Positions 58,630 through 64,000 of a DNA stretch of 64,000 nt are shown piece by piece. This DNA comes from Mobula hypostoma. Taxonomy: Eukaryota. Numbering within the stretch: position 1 is the stretch's first letter; every line of letters begins with the position of its first letter. The notes beneath the pieces were generated by a model. The model saw only the letters and a list, made by a program, of their open reading frames with translations, searched no databases and was not told where the DNA came from. The stretch is taken from NCBI RefSeq assembly GCF_963921235.1, contig NC_086097.1, positions 255,442,001 through 255,506,000 of the forward strand, given 5' to 3'. Position numbers and translations under genes: made by a program.

Positions 58630-58980
58630 CAGTCTTATATCCTCAAAGAACTCCAGTAAGTTTGTCAAACAGGACCTGCCTTTGCTAAATCCATGCTGCG
58701 TCAGCCTGATGGATCCATTTCTTTCCAAATGCCTCACTATTTCTTCTTTAATGATAGCTTCAAGCATTTTCCCAACTACAGATGTTAAACTAAGTGGCCT
58801 ATAGGTATCTTCCTTTTGCCTACATTCTTTTTTTTTGAACAGTGGTGTGACATTCACTGTCTTCCAAAACGCAGGGACCTGCCCAGAGTCCAGAGAATTT
58901 TGGTAAATTATCACCAAAGCCTCTACTATAACTTCTGCCAATTCTTTCAGTACCCTGGGATGCATTCCATCAGGACTTAT
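58630..58980 (-). mobile_element. CR1 RT fragment
   Basis: HPRVLKEL..YRPLSLTS..QHGFSKGRSCLTNLLEFFED. Confidence 0.85.
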
Positions 58981-59085
58981 GTACCTGCAGGCTCACAAGG
59001 TTAGAAAGGGGTATAGTCAATATAGCTATGGGAGTTAATACCACAAGATATAGGAGCAGAATTAGGCCATTTTGCCGATCGAGTT

Positions 59086-59445
59086 GGTAAGTTTATAAAA
59101 GATATTGGTAGACAGTTTGTCTACGGAGATATCGAGAAAGGTGAGAGGTGTCAGAAATGGACCAAGTGAATTTAAGGGTAGGAAGGAAGTTGGAGGCAAA
59201 GTTGATGAAATTGACAAGCTCAGCGTGGGTGCATAAAGCAACACCAATGCAGCACAGAAATTGTTGGGGAGGTAACCAGTGAAAGCTTCAAACATGGACT
59301 GTGCCAGGTAGCTAATGAAATGCCAGACATAGCTGGGGCTCATGCAGGTACCCATCATGGCAAGTTGAGTTTAGAGAAAATGGGAGGAGCTGAAAGAGAA
59401 ATCGTTGAGCATGAGGACCCATTCCGCCAGACGGAGGAGGGTGGT
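59086..59445 (-). mobile_element. Penelope-like RT fragment
   Basis: MGTCMSPSY and FLDIS..LSTNIFYKLTNS; similar to 46900-47300. Confidence 0.8.
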
Positions 59446-59588
59446 GGGTCAGGTCTGTATTGTAAACGCTGTTTGTACGATGTTCTGTGGCTGTGACACT
59501 GCTGTGACTAAGTTTATCATTGCACCCGCGGAAATGACAATAAACGCGATTACACAAGGACTTGCACCAACACGACAGGAGTACTGAC

Positions 59589-59814
59589 CGAGCTGTTGCT
59601 GCATCTGATGGTGCATCATTGGGTATGGAGGTGGAGGCACTGCAGCTTGTTGCATCACACCCATCGAGCTCAGTTGTTGCATACCGGGGGCAGAGGGGTT
59701 GTTCTGTGAATGCTGCAGCTCAAGCTGCTGTCGGGCTCTCATTTCAGCATACTTCAGCTGCTCCATGTGGAAGGCCTGTCGTTCTGTGAGAAGTTGCTGT
59801 CGCTGCTGTTCCAG
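59589..59814 (-). CDS. SMARCC1: SMARCC1 coding exon (226 nt, phase 0-1): end of coiled coil and Q/P-rich region
   Basis: [42 protein letters not shown]; acceptor ttttcctgatgtag, donor G|GTCAGT. Confidence 0.95.
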
Positions 59815-60379
59815 CTACATCAGGAAAATCATACAACAAATGAGGATGGAAACAAATAGTCCCACAAGGCAATTTTCAAAAGCTTAATTCCACCTGAGTG
59901 CCCAAGTAGCCTTAGTTTTCTAAAACAGCTTCATTTGGTGTAAATGTAACTGGTTAAGTTTACTGCTTATTGCAATTAGCAAGAGGCAATGCATAAAAAG
60001 AGCTACCTTTCAGTCAGGTCTATGTTCAGGATTTAAAAGCAGAGCTTAATGCCAGTTTTCTCTGAGTTGGACTGTCCACGTCAGGGCTGCATAATAAGAG
60101 CTACTTCTTAAATCAGCAGGGAGATCAAGATTACATACGCAGAGTTTCGCCACAGTTTTTTTTCCCTGAGTTGAGGAGCAACCAATCATTAGGAAGGGCC
60201 AATAAGAATAATTAAAGTGCAAGCAGATTGGCCATTCATTGAGTTTGTCAGCGTTCAGAGTGGCTTTAGCTCATCAGGCTCAGGCAAGATCAAGTGTTAT
60301 GAAGTATATTGTCTTGCAAGTTGCACTCTGTCCGTATTTCTTCATTCCTCACCTGTTAGGGCATAGCAGATTGGTGAGA

Positions 60380-62615
60380 ATGGCTCCAGGGGTAGTGATT
60401 TGTACCCTGTGTGGGATGGGGCCAGTCTGGGAGATCTCCAGTCTTCCAGATGAACACATCTGCACCAGGTGCACCAAGCTACAGCTCCCGAGAGAACATG
60501 TGAGTGGGAAGTTGAATGATTGGGAAGCTTTTACAATTTAACAAAAGGCAACTAAAAAAAGCTACAAGAAGGGATATTATGAAATAGGAGGGAAGACTAG
60601 CCAATAATATAAAGCAGAATACCAAATGTATTTTTCAGTTATATAAAGGGTAAAAGAGGGGTGAGAGTTGATATTAGACCACTGGAAAATGATGCTGGTG
60701 AGGTAGTATTGAGGGCCAAAGAAATAGCAGATGAAATTAATGGGTACTTTGCATCAATCTTCACTGTGGAAGAGACTAGCAGGGTGGCAGAGGTCTGTGA
60801 GTGTCAGGGAGCAGGAGGAAGTGCCATTGCTATAACAAAGGAAAGGTGCTAGGCAAACTCAAAGGTCTAAGGTGGGTAAGTCAGCTGGGCCAGAGTCCTG
60901 AGAGAGGTTGCTGAAGAAATAACAGATGCATTGGTCATGAGCTTTCAAGAATCACTTGATTAGGCGTGGTCCCAGAGGACTGGAAGATTGAAAATGTCAC
61001 TCTTTAAGAAGGGAGGAAAGCAAAAGACAGGAAATTATAGGCTAGTCAGCCCAAACTCAGTGGTTGGGAAAGTGTTGGAGTCTATTATGCAGGATGAGAT
61101 TGAGGTAATTGGAGACTAATGATAAAATAAGTCAAAGTCAGCCCGGTTTCTGTGAAGGGAAATCTTGCCTGACAAATACATTCAGAGTTCTTCGTGAAAG
61201 TAACAAGCAGGGTGGAGAAAGGAGAGGTATTTACATGGAGTTTCAGAAGGCATTTGATAAGGTGTCACACAAGAGGCTGCTTAACAAGATAAAATCCTAT
61301 GGCATTACAGGAAAGATACTGGCATGGATGGTGAAATGCCTGACAGACAGGAGGCAGTGAGTTGTATAAAAGGGGCCTTTTCCGGTTGGTTGCCAGTGAT
61401 TAGTGGTGTTTCTCAGGGGTTAGTATTGCGACCGCTGCTTTTCACATTGTTTGTCAGTGATTCAGATAATGGAATTGATGGCTTTGAGGCAAAGTCTGTG
61501 GATGGTATGACAATAGGTAGAGGAGTAGGTAGTGCTGAGGAAGCAAAGCGATTGTAGCAGCACTTAGGCAAACTAGAAGAATGGCCAAAGAATGTGGCAA
61601 ATGGAATACAGTGTTGGGAAATATATGGTAATGCATTTTGGTAAAAAGAACAATAGTGTGGACTATTTAAATGGGGAGAGGTTCAAACATCAGAGGTGCA
61701 GAACGACTTGGGAGTCCAAGTGCAAGACTCCCAGAAGGTTAGTTGACAGATTGAGTCTGTGGTAAAGAAGGCAAATGCAATGTTGGCATATATTTCAACA
61801 GGAATAGAATATAAAAGCAAGGAGATAACGCTGAGACTTTATAAGACACCTGTCAGGCACCACTTGCGTATTGTCAACAGTGTTGGGCCCCATATCTCAG
61901 AAAGGATGCGTTATCATTGCAGAGAGTCCAGAAGAGGTACACGAGGATGATTCCGAGAATGAAGAGGAACGTGAACATATGAGGAACGTTTGGTAGCTTT
62001 GGGCTTGTACTCATTGAAATTTAGAAGAATGTGTGGGAATCTCATTGGTGTGCAGGCATTTATTAGTTTGACGATTGAGTTCAAGAACCATGTGGTAATG
62101 TTGCAGTTCTATAAACTTCTGGTTGGATTACACTTGGAATATTGTGCTCAGTTCTGGTCACCTCATTATTGGAACAATGTGGAAGCTTTAAATAGGGTGC
62201 AGAGGAGATTTACTAGTATACTGTCTGGATTAGAGAGCATGTCTATGAGGAAAGGTTGAGTGAGCCAAGGCTTTTCTCTGGAGCAAAGGATGATGAAAGG
62301 TGACGATAGAGGTATACAAGATGAAATGCACAGATTGTGGACAGCTACAGACTTTTTCCAGGGTGGCAATACCAGAGGACACTTACCACAGGCAAATCAA
62401 GGGGAGACATCCTTTTTTTAAATACACAAAGTGGTGGGTGACTGGAACGTACTTCCAGAGGTACAATAGGGGCATTTTACAGTCTCTTAGAAAGGCACAT
62501 GAATGTAAGAAAGTTACAGGATTGTGAACTGTGTTGGAGGAAAGATTTTTGGAGGTTTCTATCCATTGGCACAACATTTTGGGTTGAAAGTCCCATTCTG
62601 TCCTGTGTTCTATTA
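60380..62615 (+). mobile_element. Degenerate, internally deleted CR1 (ORF1 N-terminus + ORF2), possibly two joined copies
   Basis: CTLCGM..HICTRCTKLQL, then ORF2 remnants FQKAFDKV and LEYCAQFWSP. Confidence 0.85.
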
Positions 62616-62659
62616 ACGAAACATATTTCCTAATAAATCCAACCGATTTAACTCGTTCA

Positions 62660-62908
<249 letters not shown>

Positions 62909-63109
62909 TCAGTTGATTTTAGATCATGGGTTTCATGAACAAGACAAGCATTTACTGCCCTTGTGGCTTGCTAAGCTCTTTCAGAGGCATGCAAGGCCGC
63001 GGCAAAAGTACACAGAGCAGCTTTGTGCAGGTAGGTCTAGATCTAATAAAAAAAAAGCGATAAGCCAGATAAGTAGAGGCCCCTAAAACTAACCTCGGCC
63101 ACAGAAGTT

Positions 63110-64000
63110 ACAGTGGGAGATGCTACTTGACCAATCTGATTGTAACCTACTTGGTATTCAATGTCTGGTTGATGCAGTCAACATGGACTTCAGAAAGGCT
63201 TTTGACAGGTCTCTGAAGATGGGTTCAATACATCACAGCTTATGTGATGCAAGGCACGTTGGCAAACCTGATCCAAAACTGGATTGGTAATGAGATGGAG
63301 AGGATTCCAAAGGGCTGACTTTGTGAATGGAAGCATGTGATAACTGGGGTACCATAGCCATCTGTGTTGGGATCCTCACTGCTTGAAATAATCAGTACAT
63401 TAATTATGAAAATCAATATAGAAGATATGGTCATTTTGCAGATGACTCAAAAATTGGCAATTGTTTGGAAAATGAGGATGATTTTAAGGTATGATCAGCT
63501 GGCAAAATGTGCAGAGAAATGGTAGATGGAATTTAATTTTTTGGGTCAAACACAATGTACCATAGGGTCTCAAGTAACAAAGAACAGGGGTGTCTTGATG
63601 TACAAATACAAGAGCCCCTGAAGGTGGAAGTCCAAGCAAACAAGGTACCAAAGCTGGCGTACAGGATACCTGCCTTCATTAGCTAAGGCACAGAGTACAA
63701 GAGCGGAGATAATAGTACTGCTTCATAAAACAGCGATTAGGTTACAGTTGAAGAATTGTGTACATTTCCGGTCACCACACTATTGGAAGGACCTGATTAC
63801 TAAAACTAAAGATACTAACATTAAGGTAAAGGATAAGTAGTTCGGAAGAAATCCAAGGAAGATCTTTTCTCGTTAAAGAGCATGGAACACTGTCTGAATG
63901 GGTAGTACGAGAAAGACTCTTGCAATTGGTTCAGCATCCAGATAACCACCTAAATCACTAAGGCAGACAGGCTACAGACCAAGTACTGATAAATGTAGTA
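63110..64000 (+). mobile_element. Very old CR1 RT fragment
   Basis: MDFRKAFD, SVLGS, FADDSK and L.NCVHFRSPHY remnants. Confidence 0.7.

Noticed and set aside
58258..58965. 235-aa ORF with RT before endonuclease
   Set aside because: Juxtaposition of a CR1 RT fragment and a Rex endonuclease fragment.

Overview
Eukaryotic (vertebrate) genomic DNA. The CR1-dominated repeat landscape with a V-SINE/HE1-like element, Rex1/Babar LINEs and Penelope-like elements suggests a cartilaginous fish (shark/ray); this is inference. The only host gene I can support is the 3' end of SMARCC1 (BAF155) on the minus strand: four coding exons (62803-62669, 59814-59589, 40746-40570, 34654-34581) with canonical GT-AG sites and consistent phases. 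Most of the rest is transposable elements, often nested several levels deep: many CR1 subfamilies (one copy with an uninterrupted ~1000-codon ORF2, one reconstructable full-length ORF1+ORF2 copy), Rex1/Babar LINEs and short non-coding elements with similar tails, a split Gypsy element with a PNMA-like gag, Penelope-like elements with decayed hammerhead motifs, a Charlie/Buster hAT, a Tigger and a probable Harbinger MITE. The most interesting signal is at the CR1 ORF1/ORF2 junction: ORF1 ends in a slippery sequence (G GGU UUA AAC) followed directly by a stop, and ORF2 lies in the -1 frame, without an AUG before the endonuclease in the two best copies. This suggests -1 programmed ribosomal frameshifting in a LINE. 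TE boundaries are read by eye and approximate unless a TSD is quoted; family names come from recalled motifs, not from database searches.
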